64,000 nt of DNA from an uncultured Spirochaetota bacterium (lineage in GTDB: Bacteria; Spirochaetota; Brevinematia; Brevinematales; JAOACQ01), in assembly GCA_963783575.1 (NCBI GenBank), contig CAWAOD010000013.1, positions 160,001 through 224,000 on the forward strand, written 5' to 3'. Each line of letters opens with the position of its first letter. The stretch's first letter is position 1. Both the position numbers and the translations under genes were made by a program. The notes beneath the pieces were generated by a model. It was not told the DNA's origin, searched no databases, and worked only from the letters and a program-made list of their open reading frames with translations. This document shows positions 23,867-33,993 of the stretch, piece by piece.

Positions 23867-24457
23867 ATGGCTAATTTGAAAGGTACAAAGACAGCGGAAA
23901 ATTTATTAAAGGCATTTGCCGGTGAATCTCAGGCAAGGAACCGCTATACATTTTATGCTTCTCAGGCAAAAAAAGAAGGTTTTTTGCAGATTGAGTCAAT
24001 TTTTCTTGAAACCGCTGAAAATGAAAAAGAGCATGCCAAGCTCTACTATAAACACCTGACACAAAATCTGGATCCTGATTCTATGCAGGAAATCCAGGCG
24101 GGTTATCCTGTCGCATTGAGCGGGAACACTGTAAATAACCTATCCAGTGCGGCAGCAGGTGAGCATGAGGAATGGGTAAAACTTTATCCCGAATTTGCGA
24201 ATACTGCCGATCGCGAGGGCTTTACCGAGATTGCCACCACATTCCGGAATATAGCAAAGGTTGAAGAAAGGCATGAGGCTAGATATAAAAAGCTTGCCGA
24301 TAATATTAAAAAGAATTCGGTGTTTAAAAAAGATGTTAAAGTATTCTGGATATGCAGGAATTGCGGACATATTATCGAATCAAAGGAAGCGCCTCAAAAA
24401 TGTCCGGTTTGTCAGCACCCGCAGGCGTATTTTCAGCTCTTTGTCGAAAATTATTGA
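23867..24457 (+). CDS. rbr: Rubrerythrin
   Basis: AFAGESQARNRY, E.EHA, EERH and C-terminal CxxC...CPVC.H. Confidence 0.95.
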   Translation: MANLKGTKTAENLLKAFAGESQARNRYTFYASQAKKEGFLQIESIFLETAENEKEHAKLYYKHLTQNLDPDSMQEIQAGYPVALSGNTVNNLSSAAAGEHEEWVKLYPEFANTADREGFTEIATTFRNIAKVEERHEARYKKLADNIKKNSVFKKDVKVFWICRNCGHIIESKEAPQKCPVCQHPQAYFQLFVENY

Positions 24458-24470
24458 CCATTGTGCCCAT

Positions 24471-24543
24471 GCGGCATCGCTGCCGAACTGGCGTTCGGCT
24501 GTCTGTTGAATCTTGGGTGGCCCTCATGTAGCATCCGTGCTCC
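24471..24543 (+). repeat. Three-hairpin dispersed repeat, copy C
   Basis: GCGGC-atcgc / GCCGAAC-tggc-GTTCGGC / ctcat-GTAGC-atccgt-GCTCC; its downstream extension is interrupted by the MITE. Confidence 0.65.
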
Positions 24544-24593
24544 ACTTCTGGCTTTGTAACGTCGTGTAGCTATAGTTATTATTGCGCATCCAT

Positions 24594-24742
24594 GAGTTCA
24601 CTGAAAATCAGCATAAATCTTAAAATGTTTAATAAACAGTATTTTATTATCGTCCTATCCTATTTTATAACAATGAGTTATAAATACAATTAGAAACGGT
24701 TAGTAATAGTTTTCAAATTTTAACTCATTTTTCAGTGAACCC
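24594..24742. mobile_element. 149-bp MITE, copy 2
   Basis: GAGTTCACTGAAAA...TTTTCAGTGAACCC, flanking ATCCAT duplication, near-identical to 5272-5420. Confidence 0.9.
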
Positions 24743-24802
24743 ATCCATGCTCGGTTGGTGAGCTTGTCGAACCATCAGGGCAGGCGCAATAGGGATGCAT
24801 TA

Positions 24803-25828
24803 CTATGCATCTCTACAATGCGCAACATTTCTCATTTCTTCGGCGGCTTTTTCCGGCATTACAGGATTTACATACAAGCCACCGGCATATTCAAGGCCGC
24901 CTTTACGCTTTATTTGTGGGATTACGCTCAAATACCAGTGGAAATAATAGCTTTCTCTTTCAAAATGCGCGAGTGATTGTATAACAAAATTAAAATCCGG
25001 ATTTCGAAGAAGGAAAAACATCTTGCCAAACGCGGTTTTCATACAGTCGGCCAATGATTCGATAATTGCTCCGGAAATTAATGAGAACGAAGGGCTGTGT
25101 TTTTTCGGAACAATCCAGAAATGATATGGGGAAAGATCGGCATAGGGCATAAGGCATATAAAGCTGTCGTTTTCATAAATGATTCTTTTCATTTCTATCA
25201 ATTCATCTTTTAAAATATCGCAAAGGAGGCAATTGTCATTTAAATCATGATACCTTTCCGCCTCTCTGAGCCGGTTATTTGTCTCGAATGGTATAACCGG
25301 CAGTCCATAAATTTGTGAGTGCGGATGCTCAAGCGACCCGCCTGCTTTTATTCCCTGGTTTTTAAAAACCACGATATGCCTGATTTTTTCATTTTTCTGA
25401 AGCTGTTTATATCTTTGCTGATAAGCATCGATCAGATCCACGATTTCTTTTTGCTCCATAAGGGCGATTGTAGTATTATGCCTGGGATTGTCTATTATAA
25501 CATCATGAACCCCGAACCCGTTGATTTCTTTCCGAAGGGAATGCTTTTTTTTTGAAAGATCCGCATGCCTGTCCACGCTTGAGTATTTGTTCTCAATAAT
25601 CCTGACCTTCCAGCCTTCATTGTTATCAATTCTTAAGATTTCATTATTTTCAGTTGATTCGTTTCCACGGCAGAAAGGGCAATGTTCTTTATATTGCGGG
25701 CGCTCGGAAAGAATTTTTATATTATCGGTTTCATGTTCATGGCCCTTCAATTCAATCGGCCTCTCCGCTCTGTTTGGAGCAAAAATAACCCAGTCATTTG
25801 TAATCATATTTTTTCTGAATACAGACAT
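24803..25828 (-). CDS. galT: Galactose-1-phosphate uridylyltransferase
   Basis: WVIFAPNRAERP, CPFC, NKY, GSLEHPHSQI active-site motif. Confidence 0.9.
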   Translation of the reverse strand: MSVFRKNMITNDWVIFAPNRAERPIELKGHEHETDNIKILSERPQYKEHCPFCRGNESTENNEILRIDNNEGWKVRIIENKYSSVDRHADLSKKKHSLRKEINGFGVHDVIIDNPRHNTTIALMEQKEIVDLIDAYQQRYKQLQKNEKIRHIVVFKNQGIKAGGSLEHPHSQIYGLPVIPFETNNRLREAERYHDLNDNCLLCDILKDELIEMKRIIYENDSFICLMPYADLSPYHFWIVPKKHSPSFSLISGAIIESLADCMKTAFGKMFFLLRNPDFNFVIQSLAHFERESYYFHWYLSVIPQIKRKGGLEYAGGLYVNPVMPEKAAEEMRNVAHCRDA

Positions 25829-25944
25829 AATTCCCCCTCTGTGTCGGCCGAAAGTTATAAATAAAAAATCAATTGAGGTCTATTCTCAAATTATCTTTTA
25901 TTGTATATCATTTTTAATTTTTTTGGAATTATTTTGAAATACTC

Positions 25945-25999
25945 TTGACAGAAAATCTAAAATTAATTATACTATACTCTCAGTATAAACTAAGAGTTT
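25945..25999 (+). promoter_or_regulatory. Sigma70 promoter with probable TetR operators
   Basis: TTGACA-17bp-TATACT followed by palindromes TATACT-ctc-AGTATA and AAACT-aag-AGTTT upstream of tetR. Confidence 0.65.
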
Positions 26000-26034
26000 A
26001 ATATTTAAGTATAATAAATATTGCAGGGAAAAAT

Positions 26035-26682
26035 ATGGATGGAATAAAACCTGTTGAACTGACTAAAGAAAAAATTCTTAATGCGGCCCGGGATGAATTC
26101 ATAGAAAAGGGTTATGAAAAAGCAAAAATGGAAGATATAGCAAAAAGAGCGGGTCTGACAAAAGTCATGCTTTATTATCATTTCAACAGCAAAGAAAATA
26201 TTTTAAAAGAGATCATTATTAAAACGGTTGATTTGGCAAAATCGGGATTTAACGAGGAATTCAGCAGCCTCACCGATATGTACCATTTCAATTTTAATAT
26301 TGTTAAAACCAAGATTGAAAATATACTTAAACCCAACCTTGAGATAATTAAATTAATTATTATCGAGAATATCAAAGGGAATTTAAATGAATTGATAATC
26401 CTGGAGCCTTTGAGGAATTTCTTTGATAATATGATTAACATGTTTGAAAAGGCGGGAATTAAGATTAAAGACAGGGAAGAATTATATATAAAAATATTTT
26501 TCTTTCAAACTGCCCCGCTGCTGTTTAATTTGATATTTTCCACAAAGTTTAATCATGATTTTAACATTCCAAGCGGAAAAACAGATATGGTTTTTTCTGA
26601 AAAATTTGTGGATAGTTTTGCGGCATCAATAAAAAAGTCTTCGACCGGATTGATTTCGCGGAAAAAATTAAAGAAGAAATAA
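26035..26682 (+). CDS. TetR/AcrR-family regulator
   Basis: KILNAA...F..KGY....M.DIA..AG......YYHF.SKE helix-turn-helix. Confidence 0.92.
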   Translation: MDGIKPVELTKEKILNAARDEFIEKGYEKAKMEDIAKRAGLTKVMLYYHFNSKENILKEIIIKTVDLAKSGFNEEFSSLTDMYHFNFNIVKTKIENILKPNLEIIKLIIIENIKGNLNELIILEPLRNFFDNMINMFEKAGIKIKDREELYIKIFFFQTAPLLFNLIFSTKFNHDFNIPSGKTDMVFSEKFVDSFAASIKKSSTGLISRKKLKKK

Positions 26683-26746
26683 CTATTTTGATATTTAATA
26701 AAGTGTTTTTACTTTTTATATAATAAAGCCTGTCCGGAGGAAAACA

Positions 26747-27544
26747 ATGAAGACAATTATACCTATCGGGATTGTGGTCTTGGTGCTTATTGCCGCCACA
26801 TTTTATTTTGAGTATTTCAGGTATCAGGGTGAAAGTAAAACCAGAATAGAAGGTTCCGGTACATTTGAAGTTACTGAAATCGATATCAGTTCTAAAATCT
26901 CAGGCAGGGTGGCCGAACTACCTTTCGATGAGGGCAGTTTTGTCAGGAAAAATGATCTTCTTGTAAAATTGGAATACAATGAATTAAAAGCCCAGAAGAA
27001 TTCCGCATCGGCAAATCTTACAAATGCGGAAGAAAATTTGACCAGGATCAGAACTTTGTATGATGCTGGATCAGCTTCAAAGCAAAGCCTTGATAATGCC
27101 GATGCAAATTATAAGGTCGCTAAATCCGAACTTGATTTAATAAATGCAAATATTCAGGATGCAGTCATTACTTCACCTATTGACGGTGTTGTGCTGAATA
27201 AGAATCTCGAGATCGGAGAAACTGCTTTTCCCGGTTCTGCAATAATGACAATGGCAGACATCCGGAAACCATGGATAAAGATTTATGTGGATGAGAAAAA
27301 ACTTGGCCTTGTCAAGCTTGGGCAGGAAGCCAGAATTAAAGTTGATTCTTTCCCCGGTACAAATTTTTCCGGAGTTGTTATTAATATCGCAAACCAGGCC
27401 GAGTTTACGCCAAAAACGATTCAGACAAAGGATGAAAGGGTTAAACTAATGTTTGCCGTAAAAATTTCTGTGGACAATCCCGAACTTAAGCTTAAACCGG
27501 GAATGCCTGCCGATGTTGAAATTATAACGGAGGCCTCCAATTGA
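26747..27544 (+). CDS. HlyD-family membrane fusion protein (YbhG-like)
   Basis: N-terminal TM, lipoyl-like halves, AEFTPKTIQT, LKPGMPA. Confidence 0.9.
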   Translation: MKTIIPIGIVVLVLIAATFYFEYFRYQGESKTRIEGSGTFEVTEIDISSKISGRVAELPFDEGSFVRKNDLLVKLEYNELKAQKNSASANLTNAEENLTRIRTLYDAGSASKQSLDNADANYKVAKSELDLINANIQDAVITSPIDGVVLNKNLEIGETAFPGSAIMTMADIRKPWIKIYVDEKKLGLVKLGQEARIKVDSFPGTNFSGVVINIANQAEFTPKTIQTKDERVKLMFAVKISVDNPELKLKPGMPADVEIITEASN

Positions 27545-28458
27545 TTGAAGTCAGGGATGTTTCAAAAAAATATGGGGGAAAACAGGCGGTCCGTTCGATT
27601 AATTTTTCTGTAAATACCGGAGAGATTTTCGGTATTGTCGGTCCGGACGGTGCAGGTAAAAGCACGCTGATGAGGCTTATGTCGTCTATTCTTGAGCCGG
27701 ATTCCGGTTCAATCTTGATAGATGGAATAAATATTTTCAAAAACAGGTTTGTTATTAAAGAAAATCTTGCTTATATGCCGCAAAGATTCGGTCTTTATGA
27801 GGACCTGACGGTGGAAGAGAATATACATTTTTTCGGGAAGCTTTTCGGGGTTTCCGGGAAGGAAAGAATAAAAAGGGAAAAGAAACTTTATGAATTCAGC
27901 CATCTGGAACCTTTCAAAAAGAGGCTTGCCGGAAAACTCTCAGGCGGTATGAAGCAGAAACTGGGGCTTGCCTGTTGTCTGATCCACAGTCCCGGGGTTA
28001 TCCTTCTCGATGAACCGACAAACGGCGTTGATCCTGTTTCAAGAAGGGAATTCTGGAAGATTCTCTATGACCTTTTAGGCGAAGGAGTGTCGATTGTTGT
28101 AAGTACGGCTTACCTGGATGAGGCTGAAAGGTGCAACAGGGTTGCTTTTATGTATGAAGGCAAATTCATAAGGACCGGTACGCCGCTTGAAATAAAGCAG
28201 AGCATCAGTGAAAAATTTATTGTGTTTACAACATCGGATCCCAGACAGACCGAAATCTTACTGCATGAGGAACCGGATTACGGCGGCATAATATTAACCG
28301 GCTCCAGCCTTCGTATCTTTGTGGATGAGGCGGAACCGGTAAAAGAAAGAATTACACAAATTTTATCCGAAAAAGGAATAAAAGTTTTATCATTTATGGA
28401 AACAGTTCCAACCCTTGAGGATTGTTTTGTTGACATTGCGGCAAAAGGGGGCATTTAG
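27541..28458 (+). CDS. ABC transporter ATP-binding protein
   Basis: GPDGAGKS, LSGGMKQK, LLDEPT. Confidence 0.93.
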   Translation: MIEVRDVSKKYGGKQAVRSINFSVNTGEIFGIVGPDGAGKSTLMRLMSSILEPDSGSILIDGINIFKNRFVIKENLAYMPQRFGLYEDLTVEENIHFFGKLFGVSGKERIKREKKLYEFSHLEPFKKRLAGKLSGGMKQKLGLACCLIHSPGVILLDEPTNGVDPVSRREFWKILYDLLGEGVSIVVSTAYLDEAERCNRVAFMYEGKFIRTGTPLEIKQSISEKFIVFTTSDPRQTEILLHEEPDYGGIILTGSSLRIFVDEAEPVKERITQILSEKGIKVLSFMETVPTLEDCFVDIAAKGGI

Positions 28459-28459
28459 A

Positions 28460-29611
28460 ATGAAATTGATCCGGTCATTTATAAGAATCGGCGCTATTGC
28501 CGAAAAAGAGTGGATTCAGATACGAAGGGACGCGCGTAGTCTCATCCTATCAGTTTTCCTGCCGGCTTTTCTCCTCCTGCTTTTCGGTTATGCCCTGACA
28601 ATGGATGTCAAGCATGTCAGTACAATTATCTGGGACCAGAATAAGACCGTATTTTCCAGGGAGCTTCTTGAAAAATTTTCCCATACCGAATATATCGATA
28701 TTTTTCAATATACTGATAATTACAGGGATATCGACAAATCTATAAATAACGGGAAAGCCGTAATGGCGATAATCATCCCGGCTGATTTTGAGCAGAAGTA
28801 CAAATCGGGTAAAAACGCCGATATCCAGCTGATTGTCGACGGCTCGGATTCCACTTCCGCCACGGTTGCGATCGGTTATATCAAATTGATACTCTTTAAT
28901 TTCAATAATCAATTGAAGGTTTCCGAATTAAATAAAGACGGTATTTCGGATGTTCATTTGCCCGTTGATGTCAGGAGCAGGATCTGGTATAACTCCGAGC
29001 TAAAAAGTAAAAATTTTATAGTGCCGGGCCTGATCGTAATTATTATGGCTATAATCTCCGCCCTTATAACATCACTTACGATTTCCAGGGAATGGGAAAG
29101 AGGAACAATGGAAACTCTCATCACAACACCTGTAAGGAAGTATGAGGTTTATTTCGGAAAATTGATCCCGTATATTTTTATCGGGTTGTTTGATGTTATT
29201 CTGGCCGTTTCGGCGGGATTCTTTGTTTTCAATGTCCCGATCCGGGGAAATTTTATTGAATTGTACCTTGTAGCTCTTCTATTCTTAATCGGTACTTCAA
29301 GCCTTGGGATAATGATATCATCAGCGACAAGGTCGCAGGTTCTGTCGGTACAGGTTGCCATTATCAGCACTTTCCTTCCTTCGATAATATTGTCAGGCTA
29401 TGTTTTTCCAATTAAGAATATGCCGGTAATTGTTCAGGCAGTCACATATCTTGTCCCGGCAAAGTATCTTATAATGTATATGAAGGGGATTGTCCTGAAA
29501 GGCATTGGGTATAAAATTCTCTGGGTACAGATTATATTTTTATTTTTATATGCCTTACTGACCGGCATTATAAGTATGAGAAGGCTGTCTTTCAAATTAC
29601 CCGATAAATAG
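28460..29611 (+). CDS. ABC-2 permease (YbhS-like)
   Basis: KEWIQIRRD, REWERGTME, multiple TM segments; ATG start at 28460. Confidence 0.9.
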   Translation: MKLIRSFIRIGAIAEKEWIQIRRDARSLILSVFLPAFLLLLFGYALTMDVKHVSTIIWDQNKTVFSRELLEKFSHTEYIDIFQYTDNYRDIDKSINNGKAVMAIIIPADFEQKYKSGKNADIQLIVDGSDSTSATVAIGYIKLILFNFNNQLKVSELNKDGISDVHLPVDVRSRIWYNSELKSKNFIVPGLIVIIMAIISALITSLTISREWERGTMETLITTPVRKYEVYFGKLIPYIFIGLFDVILAVSAGFFVFNVPIRGNFIELYLVALLFLIGTSSLGIMISSATRSQVLSVQVAIISTFLPSIILSGYVFPIKNMPVIVQAVTYLVPAKYLIMYMKGIVLKGIGYKILWVQIIFLFLYALLTGIISMRRLSFKLPDK

Positions 29612-29620
29612 AGGAAAATC

Positions 29621-30772
29621 ATGATCCGATGGAATATAATTTTTTCTTTTGTTAAGAAAGAGTTCAAGCAGATGCTTCGCGATCCCAGGATGCGTCTGGT
29701 TCTCTTTGCCGCGCCTGTAATTATGCTGCTCCTCTTTGGGTATGCGGTAAGCACTGATGTGCAGAATGTGAACATGGTCATTCAGGATGATGATCAGACC
29801 CAGCAATCAAGGGCGTTAATCGAGAAATTCACATCCTCGAAATATTTTTTGCCTTACGCTTATATCAAATCCGATGCAGATGTTCAATCCTACATAGATA
29901 CCGGCAAAGCGGAAGTATTTCTTCATATTGAAAAAGATTTTTCAAAAAAGATCCGCTCCGGTAAAACAACTGCCGTCCAGCTTATTGTTGACGGAACTGA
30001 TTCGGGAAGGGCGGCGGTAATTGTGTCCTATGTCAATATTATAACCTCGGGCTTTTCAATGGATTTTCTGCAGACCAGGATCCGTTCGCTGATGCTGAGC
30101 AAACAAATCAATTCGGCTTCACTTAATAAAAATATTGAGCTGAAAGAAAGGATTCTTTTCAATCCGGAACTGACAAGCAAGAATTTTTTTCTTCCCAGCG
30201 TTCTTGCGCTTCTGGTTTCAATGGTTACGATAACGCTGACCTCCATGTCAATTGTCAAGGAAAGGGAAACCGGTACCGTGGAGCAGATAATTGTTTCGCC
30301 GATGCACCCGATGGAACTTATTGCCGGCAAGACAATACCTTTCGCCCTTGTCAGCTTTGTAATTGTTTTTTTCATTACGCTGATAACGATATTCTGGTTT
30401 AAGGTGCCATTCCGCGGAAGCTTTTTGTTTTTGATGTTATCCGGTTTTATCTATATATTTTCCACAATTTCCGTGGGACTTTACCTCTCTACAATTTCAA
30501 AAACCCAGCAGCAGGCTCTACTGTCAACCTTTCTTTTTTTCCTTCCGTCCCAGCTTTTTTCGGGCTTTGTTTTCCCGATCTATGCTATGCCCGTTGTTAT
30601 GCAGTGGATAACCCTGGTTAATCCGATGCGCTATTATATAGAAATTATCAGGGGTATATTTCTAAAAGGAATAGGAATTGATATACTGTGGAGAGACATT
30701 CTGATGCTGACTATCCTAGGGGCCGTATTGTTCTTTCTAAGCTCCAGAAGGGTCAGCAGGAGACTTGAGTAG
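29621..30772 (+). CDS. ABC-2 permease (YbhR-like)
   Basis: KEFKQMLRD, KERETGTVE, multiple TM segments. Confidence 0.9.
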   Translation: MIRWNIIFSFVKKEFKQMLRDPRMRLVLFAAPVIMLLLFGYAVSTDVQNVNMVIQDDDQTQQSRALIEKFTSSKYFLPYAYIKSDADVQSYIDTGKAEVFLHIEKDFSKKIRSGKTTAVQLIVDGTDSGRAAVIVSYVNIITSGFSMDFLQTRIRSLMLSKQINSASLNKNIELKERILFNPELTSKNFFLPSVLALLVSMVTITLTSMSIVKERETGTVEQIIVSPMHPMELIAGKTIPFALVSFVIVFFITLITIFWFKVPFRGSFLFLMLSGFIYIFSTISVGLYLSTISKTQQQALLSTFLFFLPSQLFSGFVFPIYAMPVVMQWITLVNPMRYYIEIIRGIFLKGIGIDILWRDILMLTILGAVLFFLSSRRVSRRLE

Positions 30773-30794
30773 CAAGATATAATGGAGGGATGCT

Positions 30795-31730
30795 TTGGAT
30801 AAAGCTGTTGATGTTGAGGGGCTTTTAAAAAAATTCGGTCATTTTACGGCTGTCGATCATATATCATTTTCGGTGGAAAAAGGGGAAATTTTCGGATTTC
30901 TCGGCCCGAACGGAGCCGGGAAAAGCACTACTATTAAAATGCTTTGCGGAATTCTTCTTCCGTCGTCCGGGAAGGGGCATGTAGCAGGTTTCGACATAAT
31001 TAAAGAACAGGAAAAAATTAAAACGATAATCGGCTATATGTCGCAAAAATTTTCGCTTTATGACGATTTGACGATTGAGGAAAATCTTGATTTCTTCGGC
31101 AGTATTTACGGCTTGAAGGGAAAATTCCTTAAAAACAGGATTAATGAAATCCTGGGTATAATTGGAATTAAAGAAGACAAGGATACTATGGTAAACAGTC
31201 TTCCGATAGGGATCAAACAGAGGCTCGCGCTTGGAGGCGCTATCCTTCATGACCCTCCGGTATTGTTCCTGGACGAACCGACATCCGGCGTTGATCCGAT
31301 CATGAGGAGGAATTTTTGGGACCTGATATATGAATTTTCCAGCCGGGGAAAAACAATTTTTGTCACGACTCATTATATGGATGAAGCCGAGCATTGCGAC
31401 AGGATCGCTCTTGTTATTGCCGGTAAAATAATCGCACTTGATACACCGGCGGGGTTAAAACAAACCCTGCCTTATGATGTTTATTCTTTAAAAACCGAAA
31501 AATTTATCGAAGTTTTCGATATGGTTTCCAGGTATGAGTTTGTCCATGAAGCCGCCATATTCGGAAGCGACATTCATATTTTATGTAACAAAGACTTCCC
31601 TCTGAAAAAAGAGCTGGATGCGGTTATAAATAGTTCCAGAACGGGGAATTATATTCTTGAAAAAATTCCGCCGACTCTCGAGGATGTTTTTGTAACAAAC
31701 GCGAGAGCTTATGGAAATGGGACCAAATAA
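30795..31730 (+). CDS. ABC transporter ATP-binding protein
   Basis: GPNGAGKS, FLDEPT, TTHYMDEAE. Confidence 0.93.
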   Translation: MDKAVDVEGLLKKFGHFTAVDHISFSVEKGEIFGFLGPNGAGKSTTIKMLCGILLPSSGKGHVAGFDIIKEQEKIKTIIGYMSQKFSLYDDLTIEENLDFFGSIYGLKGKFLKNRINEILGIIGIKEDKDTMVNSLPIGIKQRLALGGAILHDPPVLFLDEPTSGVDPIMRRNFWDLIYEFSSRGKTIFVTTHYMDEAEHCDRIALVIAGKIIALDTPAGLKQTLPYDVYSLKTEKFIEVFDMVSRYEFVHEAAIFGSDIHILCNKDFPLKKELDAVINSSRTGNYILEKIPPTLEDVFVTNARAYGNGTK

Positions 31731-31806
31731 GGCATTTTGAAATATTTTTTTACTTCAAACGTCATAATTACGGGTATTATTAAAATTTTATTGAGGAGAT
31801 ATTAAT

Positions 31807-32310
31807 ATGCGCTGCCATGTTAATAGAAAGCAATTTAACGCAAAGATGTGCTTTGTTTGCGGATTGGATAATAATTCAGGGTTAAAAGCATCTTTTTATG
31901 AGACGGAAAATAATCAGCTTGTAGCTATTTTTAATCCGAATGAATTCCATCAAAGTTACCCGAACCGTTTACATGGAGGCGTAATCACAGCTATTCTTGA
32001 TGAGACAATAGGGCGGGCGATAATGATCGATAATAATCAGGATGATTGGGGGGTCACTGTTGAATTTACCACCCGTTACCGTAAACCCATTCCTCTCAAT
32101 GAGGAACTACGCGCAATTGGCCGGATTACAAAAAATGGGAAAAGAATTTTCGAGGGAACCGGGGAAATATTACTGGCGGATGGCAGCATAGGCGCGGAAG
32201 GACATGGGAAATATCTTAAAATACCCCTTGATAAAATTGCCGGTTCCGCTGTTAAAGAAGACTGGAAAATTGTTCAAAATGATAATGATCCGGTTGAGAT
32301 TTCAATTTAA
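31807..32310 (+). CDS. PaaI/hotdog-fold thioesterase
   Basis: CFVCG..N..GL, HGG....LDE. Confidence 0.85.
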   Translation: MRCHVNRKQFNAKMCFVCGLDNNSGLKASFYETENNQLVAIFNPNEFHQSYPNRLHGGVITAILDETIGRAIMIDNNQDDWGVTVEFTTRYRKPIPLNEELRAIGRITKNGKRIFEGTGEILLADGSIGAEGHGKYLKIPLDKIAGSAVKEDWKIVQNDNDPVEISI

Positions 32311-32359
32311 CAAGCGTCTCGCTTGATCTATATTTATTTATATTTTCAGGAGATTATTT

Positions 32360-33760
32360 ATGAATAGGCAAAAATTATTTTTGATATTGTTTGCAGTTGT
32401 TCTATTATTATGCAGTTCGTTGATTTTTGGCGAAATAAAAACGCTTACCTTAAGCAACGCCGTCGAAATGGCTTTAAAGAATAACCTCCAGATAAAGCAG
32501 ATTGAATCGGATGTGAAAGCCGCCGAAGCCCAGTTCAGCCAGAGCTGGGCGGATTTCTGGCTTCCGGGTGTAAACCTTTCGGCGGGTTTGAATTATATCG
32601 ACCCAACCACAGCCGATAATTCAAAGATATATTTGCCGAATATAACAAACACAAATATAACAACCCCTTTCGGAAAAATACCGACATTGATACCTAATGG
32701 GGTCTTAACTGACCAATCAGTTTATTCCGACAATTATTCGGCCGGTGTGAGCATTACAAAGTCTCTTTTTGCCGGGTTCAGGCTTAAAAACGCGATGGAT
32801 ATCAAAAAGATCAATCTTGACCTGGCAAAGATGAAGCTTTCCGATAAAAAAAAGGAGATTGAAAATAATGTGAATGTCTCTTTTTACAACCTGTTCCTTA
32901 TCCGGGAAAATATCAGGATTACGATTGAGATGATGAACAATACAAAGGACAGGCTTGATTTCACGACCGAGAATTTCAAAGCCGGGTCTGTTGCCAAGTA
33001 TGATAAAATCCGGGCAGAGGTACAGTATAAAAATACCTTTCCGATCCTGACAAGGGTAACAAATGCCTATATGACTGCAAAAATCGCATTCTGTAATCTT
33101 ATCGGGGTTAATGATTCCGACAGCGTCGAGTTTATCGGGGATCTGATCGATTCGACAAATTATGTTTTTTCAGAGACGGATATGGATGTTTTATTAAAAG
33201 AGGCGATTTCAAACAGCATCGATATCCGTACAATCGATTATTCCCTGGAATCGCTTAAAATCAATAAAGAAATCGCGGCTTCAGGGAAATACCCGGTTTT
33301 AAGCGCTTATTTCAATTATCAATACGATTACAGGCTTTTTAATCCAACAAATACCGACAGGACTTTTGTGGGATCATGGAATACCGGGCTTCAATTTTCC
33401 ATGCCAATAGACCAATGGCTTCCCGTTTCAAAAACCGCGGCTTCGGTCAGCGAGGCAGACGCAAATATAGCTAAACTCGAGTTTTCAAGGAGCCAGATAA
33501 TCGACGGGCTTAAGCTGCAGCTTAAAACCTTTCTAATGCAGATGAAGGAAGCCAGGGATACTATCGCAAGCCAGAAAGAGACCGTCAGGCTTGCGAAAAT
33601 AAGCCTTGATCTTGCTAACGAAAGGTATAAGGTCGGTGTTACCTCATCCATAGAAGTTACCGATAATCTGACCTCATATAACCAGGCGGAAGTGGATTAC
33701 CTCCAGGCTATATATGATTATTATTCCAGCAGTATGAGGCTGAAGCGTCTCGTCGATTAG
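32360..33760 (+). CDS. TolC-family outer-membrane efflux protein
   Basis: Signal peptide, LTL..AV..AL.NN, two OEP repeats. Confidence 0.88.
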   Translation: MNRQKLFLILFAVVLLLCSSLIFGEIKTLTLSNAVEMALKNNLQIKQIESDVKAAEAQFSQSWADFWLPGVNLSAGLNYIDPTTADNSKIYLPNITNTNITTPFGKIPTLIPNGVLTDQSVYSDNYSAGVSITKSLFAGFRLKNAMDIKKINLDLAKMKLSDKKKEIENNVNVSFYNLFLIRENIRITIEMMNNTKDRLDFTTENFKAGSVAKYDKIRAEVQYKNTFPILTRVTNAYMTAKIAFCNLIGVNDSDSVEFIGDLIDSTNYVFSETDMDVLLKEAISNSIDIRTIDYSLESLKINKEIAASGKYPVLSAYFNYQYDYRLFNPTNTDRTFVGSWNTGLQFSMPIDQWLPVSKTAASVSEADANIAKLEFSRSQIIDGLKLQLKTFLMQMKEARDTIASQKETVRLAKISLDLANERYKVGVTSSIEVTDNLTSYNQAEVDYLQAIYDYYSSSMRLKRLVD

Positions 33761-33772
33761 CAAGTGTGCCCT

Positions 33773-33854
33773 GCGGCATCGTGCCGCTTGGCGAATGGAG
33801 TTCGCCAATGTTTGCATTGTAAAAGTAAAACTCTCATGGAACATCCGTGTTTCC
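33773..33854 (+). repeat. Three-hairpin dispersed repeat, copy D
   Basis: GCGGC-atcgt-GCCGC / TGGCGAA..GTTCGCCA / ctcat-GGAAC-atccgt-GTTTCC, between convergent tolC and folC. Confidence 0.75.
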
Positions 33855-33993
33855 CAGGTAACTTGGGCTTGGCGAACTATACCGCATAATGCGGTATGTA
33901 GTTGTTCTCAAAGTAAAGTTCACATTGCGTGTCCATGCGCAGTTGTTGAGCAGAAACTGAGCCTGACGAAGTGTCCTAAGGGTTCAGAGTAGT

